Source: Eubacteriales bacterium
GTDB taxonomy: Bacteria; Bacillota; Clostridia; Oscillospirales; CAG-272
Reading direction: 5' to 3'
Assembly: GCA_045657225.1 (NCBI GenBank)
Contig: JAZOSR010000035.1
Location: forward strand, 20,953-84,952
DNA: 64,000 nucleotides
The notes beneath the pieces were generated by a model that did no database searches, was not told the DNA's origin, and saw only the letters and a list, made by a program, of their open reading frames with translations. A program made the translations under genes and the position numbers. This document shows, piece by piece, positions 15,012-22,082 of the stretch (within the stretch, counting starts at the first letter, position 1; every line of letters starts with the position of its first letter).

Positions 15012-17177
15012 ATGCTCAAGAAGCTCAAGCAAATCAACTACCGTCATTTCATTGCCGCCGGGCTGGTGCTCGGCTCGGCGGCGCTATGTGTGTTCGTTTA
15101 CAAGTACCCTTTGGTGCGTTTGTGGGAAAGCATCATTGCCTTCATCCGCGCGATCGCGTATTCCTTCATGGATCTCCTCGAGCTCCCCGAGGCGCCCGAG
15201 ATCACCCAGACCGTCAACGACTTTTCTCGGGTAGACCTCACCGGTGCGATCGGCATTGACGTTGACGAGCTCTGGCGGCGGCTCTCCGGGGTATGGTCCG
15301 AGATCTTTGTGTGGGAGCATTTTCAATACTATCTGATCTTCCTCTTGTGGCACTTCACGCGCTTCATGTATTACAGCTGCATTATCCTCTTGATCGGCGT
15401 CGTTGCCATCATTCCCGTCGTGCTTACGTGGGACGATATCAACAACGACTACAACCAGGATACCGTGCCCCTTGTGCTATTCAAGCGCTTTGTGGCAGCA
15501 CCCTGCAGGCGCGTGTTCACGTGGCTTCGGGATCTCCTGGTGTTCTTCCGTAGCTCACGATATTGGAGCTGGTTCGTGTTCGTGTGGCTCCTGAACTTCG
15601 GCGTGTTCTCGGTGGCGATCTCGTTCCTTGCCTATTACTTTTGGGCGCTGACCGCCTTTGATCTCTCCACCTTCGGCGTGCAGCTCGTCAAGCTGGCGGC
15701 GGATCTCTTGCTTATGCTGAACACGTTGCCATGGTACGCCTGGGCGGTGATCTTCGCACTCTTGTGGGATCTGTGGCGCCACCGCATTGCCGACGATAAG
15801 ATGCAGCACATGGAAGCACAAAACAAAGGGATGCTGAGCGAGATGCCCATGTGTGCCTTCGTAACGGCTCCGCCGCGTACCGGCAAGACCACGCTGATCA
15901 CCTCCATGGCGATCTCCTACGCCGCCATGTTTCGCCACAATGCCCTCGAGCTCATGACCGGGAACATGCACAAATATCCGCGCTTCCCCTGGATCAACTT
16001 TGAGCTCGATCTCAAGGACGCGATCAGAGCGCACTTCGTTTACAACCTCTATACCGCAAGGGAATGGGTCCGCACGTGGTGTGCCGGCTTCCTTGAGGAT
16101 CCTTGCCGGCAACGGCTGTGGGATTACAACATAGACCTCTATCCGACGGAATACAACGATCACCTTACCGTCACGCCGATCTGGAGAGCACTCGAGAACT
16201 ACGCCCAGGAGTTTTTTATCTACTTCATGCAAACCTCTATCCTGGTGTCTGCCTACTCGATCCGCGAGGACTTTATCTTTATTGACGAGGGGAACTTCCC
16301 GATCGTTGACACCAACTTCTTTGCGCGTGATCCCGCTGCCATCGAGGAGGACAGCAGCTACGCGCACGTCATCGACTACGACATGCTGCGTCTTGGCAAA
16401 AAAATGCTGGAGGACAACCCCAATATAGGCGCCCTCGAATTCGGCGTCGTGCTGATCCCGGAGGTAGACAAGGAGCGCAAGAACGATCTGCGTTTGCGCG
16501 AGCTGAAGCTAAAGGACGACGTCTGCACCCAAAAGAACGACCTATTTAACGAATGGATGAAGATGGCGGGGCAATCTGCCATGGTGGAGAATTTCTGCTT
16601 TTTGCGTATTCTTTCGGATGCACAACGGCCATCCTCCTGGGGCGCGGATGCGCGCGAGCTTTCGATCGTCTTGCACATTGACAAGAAGGGCGACGCTGCC
16701 AACGCCTTGCCGCTCTTCTGGGTGGAGAACGGACTTGTCGGCAAATACCTCTCCTGGTGGGATAGTGTATACGTGAACAGTCGCTTCAAATGGGGCAATA
16801 ACCGTCTGATCACGTGGCTGGGCGAGGGGCTCGGCTCCTTCCTTTATAGCTACCTCCTGCGGCGCAACAACGACTACGGCTATTGGCGGCAGAAGATCCA
16901 GAGCGAGAGCGGAACCCTTGAGAAAGAAAACCTCGAAGAATACAGCTACACGATCGCACGCAAAAAGGACTACGCCGAGCGCTTTGCCTCCGACCATTTC
17001 AAGTCCTACTCACAAATCCAGACCGCCGAGTGTCACGTGGGCCTCGGTGATCTGCCCGCTTACAACTCAATCTATCCCACGTTTGACGAAATGATCATCC
17101 AAAATTCGCACTTCTGCCGGGAACTCATTCAATACTTTGATATCGTACCGGCAGAGGAGAAAGGAGAAAGCAAATGA
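15012..17177 (+). CDS. polytopic-membrane P-loop NTPase (N-terminal ~270-aa multi-TM domain + C-terminal Walker A/B domain); DNA-translocase/assembly ATPase candidate
   Basis: 721 aa; at least four long hydrophobic stretches in residues 13-255; Walker A APPRTGKT at residues 286-293 (nt 15867-15890); Walker-B-like VVLIPEVDKE; no confident family assignment. Confidence 0.8.
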   Translation: MLKKLKQINYRHFIAAGLVLGSAALCVFVYKYPLVRLWESIIAFIRAIAYSFMDLLELPEAPEITQTVNDFSRVDLTGAIGIDVDELWRRLSGVWSEIFVWEHFQYYLIFLLWHFTRFMYYSCIILLIGVVAIIPVVLTWDDINNDYNQDTVPLVLFKRFVAAPCRRVFTWLRDLLVFFRSSRYWSWFVFVWLLNFGVFSVAISFLAYYFWALTAFDLSTFGVQLVKLAADLLLMLNTLPWYAWAVIFALLWDLWRHRIADDKMQHMEAQNKGMLSEMPMCAFVTAPPRTGKTTLITSMAISYAAMFRHNALELMTGNMHKYPRFPWINFELDLKDAIRAHFVYNLYTAREWVRTWCAGFLEDPCRQRLWDYNIDLYPTEYNDHLTVTPIWRALENYAQEFFIYFMQTSILVSAYSIREDFIFIDEGNFPIVDTNFFARDPAAIEEDSSYAHVIDYDMLRLGKKMLEDNPNIGALEFGVVLIPEVDKERKNDLRLRELKLKDDVCTQKNDLFNEWMKMAGQSAMVENFCFLRILSDAQRPSSWGADARELSIVLHIDKKGDAANALPLFWVENGLVGKYLSWWDSVYVNSRFKWGNNRLITWLGEGLGSFLYSYLLRRNNDYGYWRQKIQSESGTLEKENLEEYSYTIARKKDYAERFASDHFKSYSQIQTAECHVGLGDLPAYNSIYPTFDEMIIQNSHFCRELIQYFDIVPAEEKGESK

Positions 17178-17335
17178 CACAGCACAGCACAGCACAGCAC
17201 AGCACAGCACAGCACACCCTCGAGCGTGACATAAAGGACTATTTCAAGCTGCAGGTCGATCGGGATCCCGACGAGCTCGATCTCACCGAGATCTCCAAAG
17301 ACGTGCTTGAGATTATCAGACGTCATATAAAGTAA
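17174..17335 (+). CDS. hypothetical 53-aa protein with (CACAG)7 repeat in codons 2-13
   Basis: ATGA overlap with NTPase stop; MTQHSTAQHSTAQHTLERDIKDYFKLQVDRDPDELDLTEISKDVLEIIRRHIK. Confidence 0.55.
   Translation: MTQHSTAQHSTAQHTLERDIKDYFKLQVDRDPDELDLTEISKDVLEIIRRHIK
17178..17212 (+). repeat. perfect pentanucleotide tandem repeat (CACAG)x7
   Basis: Counted base by base from 17178 to 17212, followed by CACAC. Confidence 0.95.
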
Positions 17336-17363
17336 TACAATTCAAACGTTTAAATTGTATTAC
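17332..17363. promoter_or_regulatory. 32-nt near-perfect palindrome GTAATACAATT-CAAACGTTTA-AATTGTATTAC (terminator and/or operator upstream of the RHH gene)
   Basis: 11-bp perfect arms; one mismatched pair in the centre; 20 nt before the RHH gene ATG. Confidence 0.6.
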
Positions 17364-17382
17364 ATCCTTGTGAGGAGCGATT

Positions 17383-17619
17383 ATGTATAAACAAAGAGAT
17401 AAGCTAATCAGTATACGCGTCAATAGCAAGCTGTTGGAGCAAGTGAAAAAGATCATCGATGCCAAAACCGAGGTCAGAGAAGGTTGGGGTGCTCGTAAAA
17501 TTTATTACTACCGCGACGAAAAACGTCCCTATGAATATGATAAATTCACCATTGCAGATCTTCTCGAAGAAGCCATGGAAAAATACCTCGAGGAACAAAC
17601 ACCTTCAGCGCAAAAGTAA
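17383..17619 (+). CDS. ribbon-helix-helix (CopG/Arc-like) DNA-binding protein
   Basis: 78 aa; SD GAGGAG; N-terminal KLISIRVNSKLLEQVKKII fits the RHH beta-strand plus helix pattern. Confidence 0.7.
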   Translation: MYKQRDKLISIRVNSKLLEQVKKIIDAKTEVREGWGARKIYYYRDEKRPYEYDKFTIADLLEEAMEKYLEEQTPSAQK

Positions 17620-17667
17620 TACACGGCGCCGGAAATGTAATACACGGCGCCGGAAATGTAATACATC
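17616..17667 (+). repeat. 21-nt tandem direct repeat GTAATACACGGCGCCGGAAAT x2 plus partial third copy (iterons)
   Basis: 17616-17636 and 17637-17657 identical; 17658-17667 GTAATACATC. Confidence 0.9.
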
Positions 17668-17731
17668 ATTCAACGTCTGACAACGTATCACATTTAACCA
17701 GGGTTTTTGTATTACTTTGTGCGATCGCCAT

Positions 17732-17773
17732 ATGTAATACATTGCTGTGAGATCTCACTGCAATGTATTACAT
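17732..17773. repeat. 42-nt near-perfect palindrome ATGTAATACATTGC-TGTGAGATCTCACT-GCAATGTATTACAT
   Basis: Only one mismatched pair; carries two more GTAATAC boxes in inverted orientation. Confidence 0.8.
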
Positions 17774-17974
17774 ACTTAAGCAAACAAAAACAGCCCTCGG
17801 GCATTGCCCGGGGGCTTTTCACACTTTTGTGCATTTTGTATATTCAGAAGATCTATTTTGCGCTCCGATCGCCACGCTGCAGCGCAAGTTTTCTGTGTAT
17901 CTTGCACAACTCTCCCCGGGCTCACCCTAACCTCGTATTCACCCACTTGACACTCACGGGCTTGCATAATCCCC

Positions 17975-18111
17975 GAAAAAGGAAACAAACCCGAAGGGAG
18001 GTGATAAGATGCTATACGTACGTATATACAATTGGGTCAACGCTCATTACCACACGATCCTTGACCTAATTGTAATGCTACTCGCACACTTATAACCCCC
18101 AACGGGCTTGT
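17975..18111 (-). ncRNA. candidate cis-antisense (antitoxin-like) RNA B; ends approximate
   Basis: Starts downstream of the antisense -10; CCCTTCGGG hairpin plus TTTGTTTCCTTTTT run opposite the SD region. Confidence 0.4.
18009..18095 (+). CDS. 28-aa peptide, candidate type I toxin (copy B): MLYVRIYNWVNAHYHTILDLIVMLLAHL
   Basis: SD AGGGAGGTGATAAG; same length and frame as copy A; synonymous differences (AAC/AAT, CAC/CAT, ATT/ATC, GAT/GAC) argue for coding constraint. Confidence 0.55.
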   Translation: MLYVRIYNWVNAHYHTILDLIVMLLAHL

Positions 18112-18117
18112 GTGGTT

Positions 18118-18146
18118 ATTATATCATACAAGCCCAATCCTGTCAA
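18118..18146 (-). promoter_or_regulatory. consensus antisense promoter TTGACA-17-TATAAT convergent on peptide ORF B
   Basis: Minus strand TTGACA (18141-18146), 17 nt, TATAAT (18118-18123); same position relative to the hairpin as in copy A. Confidence 0.65.
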
Positions 18147-18176
18147 GTCCTCACCGGGGAGAGAGCTTTCGATCTA

Positions 18177-18362
18177 TTGACAATTTTCCCCTTTTGTGAT
18201 ATCCTTTTATTGTCACACAATTTCATCACAATCACAGGGGAAACTATCTTTGGTAAAAAGTGTTCCTCTCTTTTTCTCATACCCTTGTGGTTGTGGAATT
18301 GTGTGACAACAATGAGTGGACCACTTTTTCGGTGTGCCTCTCGTTGGAGGCACACTTTTTTA
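18177..18362 (+). ncRNA. candidate ~150-nt small RNA (promoter TTGACA-17-TATCCT to strong intrinsic terminator)
   Basis: TTGACA 18177-18182, TATCCT 18200-18205; terminator GTGTGCCTC-loop-GAGGCACAC (18332-18355) plus T6ATTTT; no SD-preceded ORF inside; contains ATTGTCACACAAT / ATTGTGTGACAA inverted boxes. Confidence 0.45.
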
Positions 18363-18379
18363 TTTTCGACATTTTTCAC

Positions 18380-18408
18380 TTGCACGTGCGCCTGCTTTTC
18401 GCTAAAAT
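18380..18408 (+). promoter_or_regulatory. promoter TTGCAC-17-TAAAAT for the zinc-ribbon/nuclease gene
   Basis: Read from sequence; 28 nt upstream of ATG 18436 (SD GGAGG). Confidence 0.6.
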
Positions 18409-18435
18409 ATTTTTATAAATGCTTGGAGGTTTATT

Positions 18436-19176
18436 ATGGCTGACAAACTTATTTGCCCGATCTGTGGCGAACCAACACGAATCTACATGGGAAACGCACG
18501 CAAGGACCGTCTTTGCGGCAAACATGCCGACATGCTTAAGGCAGGTGATCTGATCCTCGGCGAGGACGGAAAATTCACCCTCAAGGATGCACCAAAGCCG
18601 GAGCTGAAGGAGAGAGCTGCGGCAGAACCGGCAGCTGCTTCTGATCTGACGTGCATTATCTGCGGCGAGCCGAGTAATGGGAAGCATTTTTGTGTGAAAT
18701 GTTATCACAAATACAAAAACAAAATCATTTATCTAAAGATAAAAGATTGCGTAGAATATGAACCACTCGGTTATGAATATGAAAGTGATTTAGTATGCGA
18801 AGATGGTCACATTGTAAAAAGTGAACCCGAACGAAACATTGACAATTGGCTTTTCAATCACGATATTAAACATATTTATGAGAGAACTTATCAAGTAAAC
18901 GAAACCGTGAAATTGCGTCCTGACTGGTGCTTACCGGGTTACATCAAAGATGAAGATGGACGCCCTGTTGATGTTTATGTTGAATATTGGGGAATCGAAG
19001 GCAGTGCAAAATATGAAAATATAAAGAATTATAAACTTCCTATTTACCAACAAGAAGGATTAACGCTAATAAACATCAACGCCGAACAAGACAAACGAGA
19101 TATAAGTGCAGCTCTTGATTGGAAAGTTTGGAACAAGAAAAATATCAAACCCTATCGAATCAATTTTCTTAAATAA
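18436..19176 (+). CDS. double zinc-ribbon protein with C-terminal PD-(D/E)xK-like nuclease domain
   Basis: 246 aa; CPICG...CGKH and CIICG...CVKCYH motifs; C-terminal SEPERNIDNWL...YERTY...RPDWCLP...VYVEYWG...Y...K...Y resembles the restriction-endonuclease-like module seen at the N-terminus of some UvrD/helicase IV-like proteins (from memory). Confidence 0.75.
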   Translation: MADKLICPICGEPTRIYMGNARKDRLCGKHADMLKAGDLILGEDGKFTLKDAPKPELKERAAAEPAAASDLTCIICGEPSNGKHFCVKCYHKYKNKIIYLKIKDCVEYEPLGYEYESDLVCEDGHIVKSEPERNIDNWLFNHDIKHIYERTYQVNETVKLRPDWCLPGYIKDEDGRPVDVYVEYWGIEGSAKYENIKNYKLPIYQQEGLTLININAEQDKRDISAALDWKVWNKKNIKPYRINFLK

Positions 19177-19180
19177 GACC

Positions 19181-19214
19181 AAGGAGCTCGCCCAACTGGG
19201 CGAGCTCCTTTTGT
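19181..19214. terminator. bidirectional terminator between convergent genes
   Basis: AAGGAGCTCGCCC-AACT-GGGCGAGCTCCTT 13-bp stem, T-rich after. Confidence 0.8.
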
Positions 19215-19415
19215 TCATCGGAATTTTCTTCCGGCATTTTTAATGCCGAGATAATCCGCTTGTCCTGCCTTAATATGTGTTCCAAAGTGACTTCTTAGCA
19301 TAGCTTCCGATTCTCCATATTGATGAGCAGCAATACCAACGCCAATCCAATATGCACGACGTTGATCCGCAGAATACCTTTTTTTACTTTTGTAATTTTT
19401 TCTTGCTTTTGCCAT
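19215..19415 (-). CDS. hypothetical basic 66-aa protein
   Basis: SD AAAAGGAG 8 nt upstream of ATG; no family recognised. Confidence 0.65.
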   Translation of the reverse strand: MAKARKNYKSKKRYSADQRRAYWIGVGIAAHQYGESEAMLRSHFGTHIKAGQADYLGIKNAGRKFR

Positions 19416-19446
19416 AATTTTTCTCCTTTTATTTTTTAAAATAGGG

Positions 19447-19548
19447 TTGACAAATACCCGACTTTCGGATATACTATTAATGAGCTTGATTCTTCAAGCG
19501 CCGACTTGTGTCGGATAGATGGGGGAGAAAATCCCCCTTTTTTATTTT
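19447..19548 (+). ncRNA. candidate ~65-nt small RNA, antisense to the junction of two minus-strand genes
   Basis: Consensus-like promoter TTGACA (19447-19452)-17-TATACT (19470-19475); terminator GGGGGA-GAAAA-TCCCCC (19521-19537) plus T6ATTTT; internal CCGA..TCGG hairpin. Confidence 0.55.
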
Positions 19549-19997
19549 CGCCCTTTCATAGTTCTTAATCTTTTTCGGTTTGATTTCCCGTTTTTTCCGG
19601 AAATCAAATCTTTTTTTATGTTATTAACGTCCTTGATGGACATTTCGCTTGAAACACCCTTTCTTACAAATTTATGCCCTAATTTAATAGGTGCATCAGA
19701 ATCATCTAAAGTAAGAACAACCGGTCTATATTTTGATTTTCCCGATTGATAATTAGGCAATGCTTTCCCAGAAGACGTTCCAAGTTTAACAAGTGCCAAT
19801 TCATCAAAACGATTGCTGTCAACTACAACCGTTTTGCGATAGTTACCTTTTCCTTCATATCCAGGCTTACGATAGTTTTTTTGCCCTTTAAAATATTCAT
19901 CACGAGTATGTATAATAGTGCCATTAGGAATATTTCTCGAAACATTACGTTTAGGTTTTCCCGGATAATTTGATTTTTTGTTTGCCGTAAATATCAC
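19542..19997 (-). CDS. hypothetical very basic 151-aa protein
   Basis: Open frame with GTG start (SD AAGGAG abuts the start codon, so the exact start is uncertain); Lys/Arg/Gly/Asn-rich; no family recognised. Confidence 0.6.
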   Translation of the reverse strand: MIFTANKKSNYPGKPKRNVSRNIPNGTIIHTRDEYFKGQKNYRKPGYEGKGNYRKTVVVDSNRFDELALVKLGTSSGKALPNYQSGKSKYRPVVLTLDDSDAPIKLGHKFVRKGVSSEMSIKDVNNIKKDLISGKNGKSNRKRLRTMKGRK

Positions 19998-20078
19998 TCC
20001 TTTTGTTCAACTTGCTCTATCAGAGTGCCGTAGCTGCAGCGCGATCGCGCCGAGCTGCGGCACTCTTTGTTTTAAGAA

Positions 20079-22025
20079 TTATTCATTCTTATTTTCATTA
20101 TGTTTTCGGCTCTCTTTGTCCGCTCGTCTATCTCGTCGTCGCTGGCGTACTGCTGAATTTGTTGCACTGCACAAACGAATCACAGGAGGTAAAAAGAAAA
20201 TTGCCAAGATAATCAAAGCAATAATCAACATTAAAAAAACGATTTTCTTAATTGCTCCTTTTAATGCATCCAAAATATCCTGCCATAAGGAACTAGGTGT
20301 TTTTCCTACCCCCAAATCACCAACTATATCATATACAATACCATCACCAAAGCTATTTACGGTATTACTGACGGTAGGAATGACCACAGTGCCTCTTTTA
20401 CTTGTAAAAGCGATATGAGCAATAGATACGTTCAGCATCGCGCTTTTTTCGATGCTGTAACCAACGATAGGTCCTATATAAACCTGATCCATTTCCCATA
20501 CATCCTGAAGCAGTGTACAGCGGTAATCCGCAATTGCATAACGCAAAATTACAACCACCTCATCATTCATTGCAGCTTCTGCACAAACTTTAGAAAAGGC
20601 ATCAAGATCACAAGCATTGATAAAAAGGTTTTTGCTATATTCTGCATATTCACTTTGTAAAATTACACTGTAACTAACCGGGTTCTCAATGACCTCTATT
20701 TTTTTGCACTCTTTTAAGAAATCCTCCGTTAAATAAACGTCTTTATCGCCAAAAAGTCTTTGCCAAAAATTCGGTTCATATTTTCCGTGCGACATTTCAT
20801 AGGTTTCCAAATTGAACAAATCCTTATCGGTATAATCAATATCTAAGTTTCTCCTATACTCTGTATAGAGTGCGGATGCGTCAATACCCTTTGCAACCTG
20901 ATCCTTATAAAGCTTCTCCAACTTCTCTGAAGTAAAAGCTGTCATTTGACTCAAATCGCCCAAATCAAAATCCTCGGGTATGGCGTTGCTTTCGATTAAG
21001 TAAGCCAAACGTTCATAAATAAGAGCGTTTCTATAATCATCAAAAATGTTTTCCTTATCCGTATAAATCCAATCGGCATAATGATATCCTCCACTAAGAG
21101 GAATTTCTTCTTTTATAAATTTATCACCCGCCACCAAATCCATTACGTCAGTATCCTCTGTAATTTTTTGACCGTTTTGAATCATATTACGTGTAACATC
21201 ATCAAAAACGCCTTCACGTGTCACGATAATCGGTGTCAGTTTTACAGAATCATAGCTCGCGCGAATGGAAGAAATATATCCGTATCGCTCCAAAACACTT
21301 TTTTTTACCTTAAAATAAACCGAATGGATTTCATAATGGTCATATTCATCGGAAAGATTACCGTCAACGGTTTTGCCGGCGTTCGGGCTCACCCACGTAG
21401 TATCGTACAGCTTAATTGGCAAAACCTCGCCGTCGCGCACCTCGCAATTCAAGCTTTTATCGAAATCATATCCCGTAAAGATATACATACGGGATATCAC
21501 AAACTCCTGAATCTCGCCCTCTTTTGAAAGAAAAATGCCGGGAATATTATACACACGCTCGCCGGGATTTTCATGCAGGCTCCAAAGCTGCTTTACCACG
21601 TTGCTACCATACGACGTTACCTTATATTTCAAAAAACGGTTATCATTGCTTTTTGAAGCCAACTCCAGACCGTAAAAGTTATATGCCGCTACCACCATAT
21701 TCAAACCAAACTCTACGTGATCATCCGGAGAATTTTCAAATTTAATGCAACCGGGATTATACAAGTAAATGTAAAAGCCGTAATTTGAAGAATTGGTAAT
21801 GCTTTTAAAGCCTACTTCGGCTACAAAAAGCACCTCCACGTCCGTACGCGATTGATCCACGGGATATTTACTTTGATCAAACGGTTCTCCGTTTATTTTT
21901 AGTTGCGCAAGCTCTTTCATTACCACGCTATCATCCGTTGCCGCATCGACGGCGGCTGATGCGCTCATACAAAACACACTCAGCAACGATAAAAGCGCCA
22001 ACATAAGCGCCAATATTTTTTCCAT
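20079..22025 (-). CDS. secreted protein with N-terminal signal peptide and C-terminal TM anchor plus Arg/Lys tail (adsorption/spike-like topology)
   Basis: Start moved to MEKILALMLALLSLLSVFCMSASA (SD AAAGGAGAAGGG). C-terminus IVFLMLIIALIILAIFFLPPVI then RQRRRDRRADKESRKHNENKNE. Confidence 0.8.
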   Translation of the reverse strand: MEKILALMLALLSLLSVFCMSASAAVDAATDDSVVMKELAQLKINGEPFDQSKYPVDQSRTDVEVLFVAEVGFKSITNSSNYGFYIYLYNPGCIKFENSPDDHVEFGLNMVVAAYNFYGLELASKSNDNRFLKYKVTSYGSNVVKQLWSLHENPGERVYNIPGIFLSKEGEIQEFVISRMYIFTGYDFDKSLNCEVRDGEVLPIKLYDTTWVSPNAGKTVDGNLSDEYDHYEIHSVYFKVKKSVLERYGYISSIRASYDSVKLTPIIVTREGVFDDVTRNMIQNGQKITEDTDVMDLVAGDKFIKEEIPLSGGYHYADWIYTDKENIFDDYRNALIYERLAYLIESNAIPEDFDLGDLSQMTAFTSEKLEKLYKDQVAKGIDASALYTEYRRNLDIDYTDKDLFNLETYEMSHGKYEPNFWQRLFGDKDVYLTEDFLKECKKIEVIENPVSYSVILQSEYAEYSKNLFINACDLDAFSKVCAEAAMNDEVVVILRYAIADYRCTLLQDVWEMDQVYIGPIVGYSIEKSAMLNVSIAHIAFTSKRGTVVIPTVSNTVNSFGDGIVYDIVGDLGVGKTPSSLWQDILDALKGAIKKIVFLMLIIALIILAIFFLPPVIRLCSATNSAVRQRRRDRRADKESRKHNENKNE

Positions 22026-22082
22026 CCCTTCTCCTTTCCACAAGAAGGCCTGCGACCTATCGTCGCACGCCTTCCCCTGTTC

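Noticed and set aside
15555-16367. 270-aa minus-strand ORF inside the island
   Set aside because: It is antisense to the 721-aa NTPase gene. That gene has an SD, a Walker A motif and translational coupling to its neighbours, while the minus frame has none of these.
17129-17326. 65-aa minus-strand ORF containing CCAVLCCAVLCCAVLC
   Set aside because: It is simply the (CACAG)n repeat read on the opposite strand. It overlaps two coupled plus-strand genes and has no SD.
17616-17667. Possible CRISPR array (21-nt direct repeats)
   Set aside because: The repeats are contiguous with no spacers, there are only 2.4 copies, and there are no cas genes. I interpret them as iterons instead.
18108-18443. 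111-aa plus-strand ORF
   Set aside because: It spans the module B hairpin and antisense promoter, a separate promoter and a strong terminator. It cannot be one translated unit and it has no SD.
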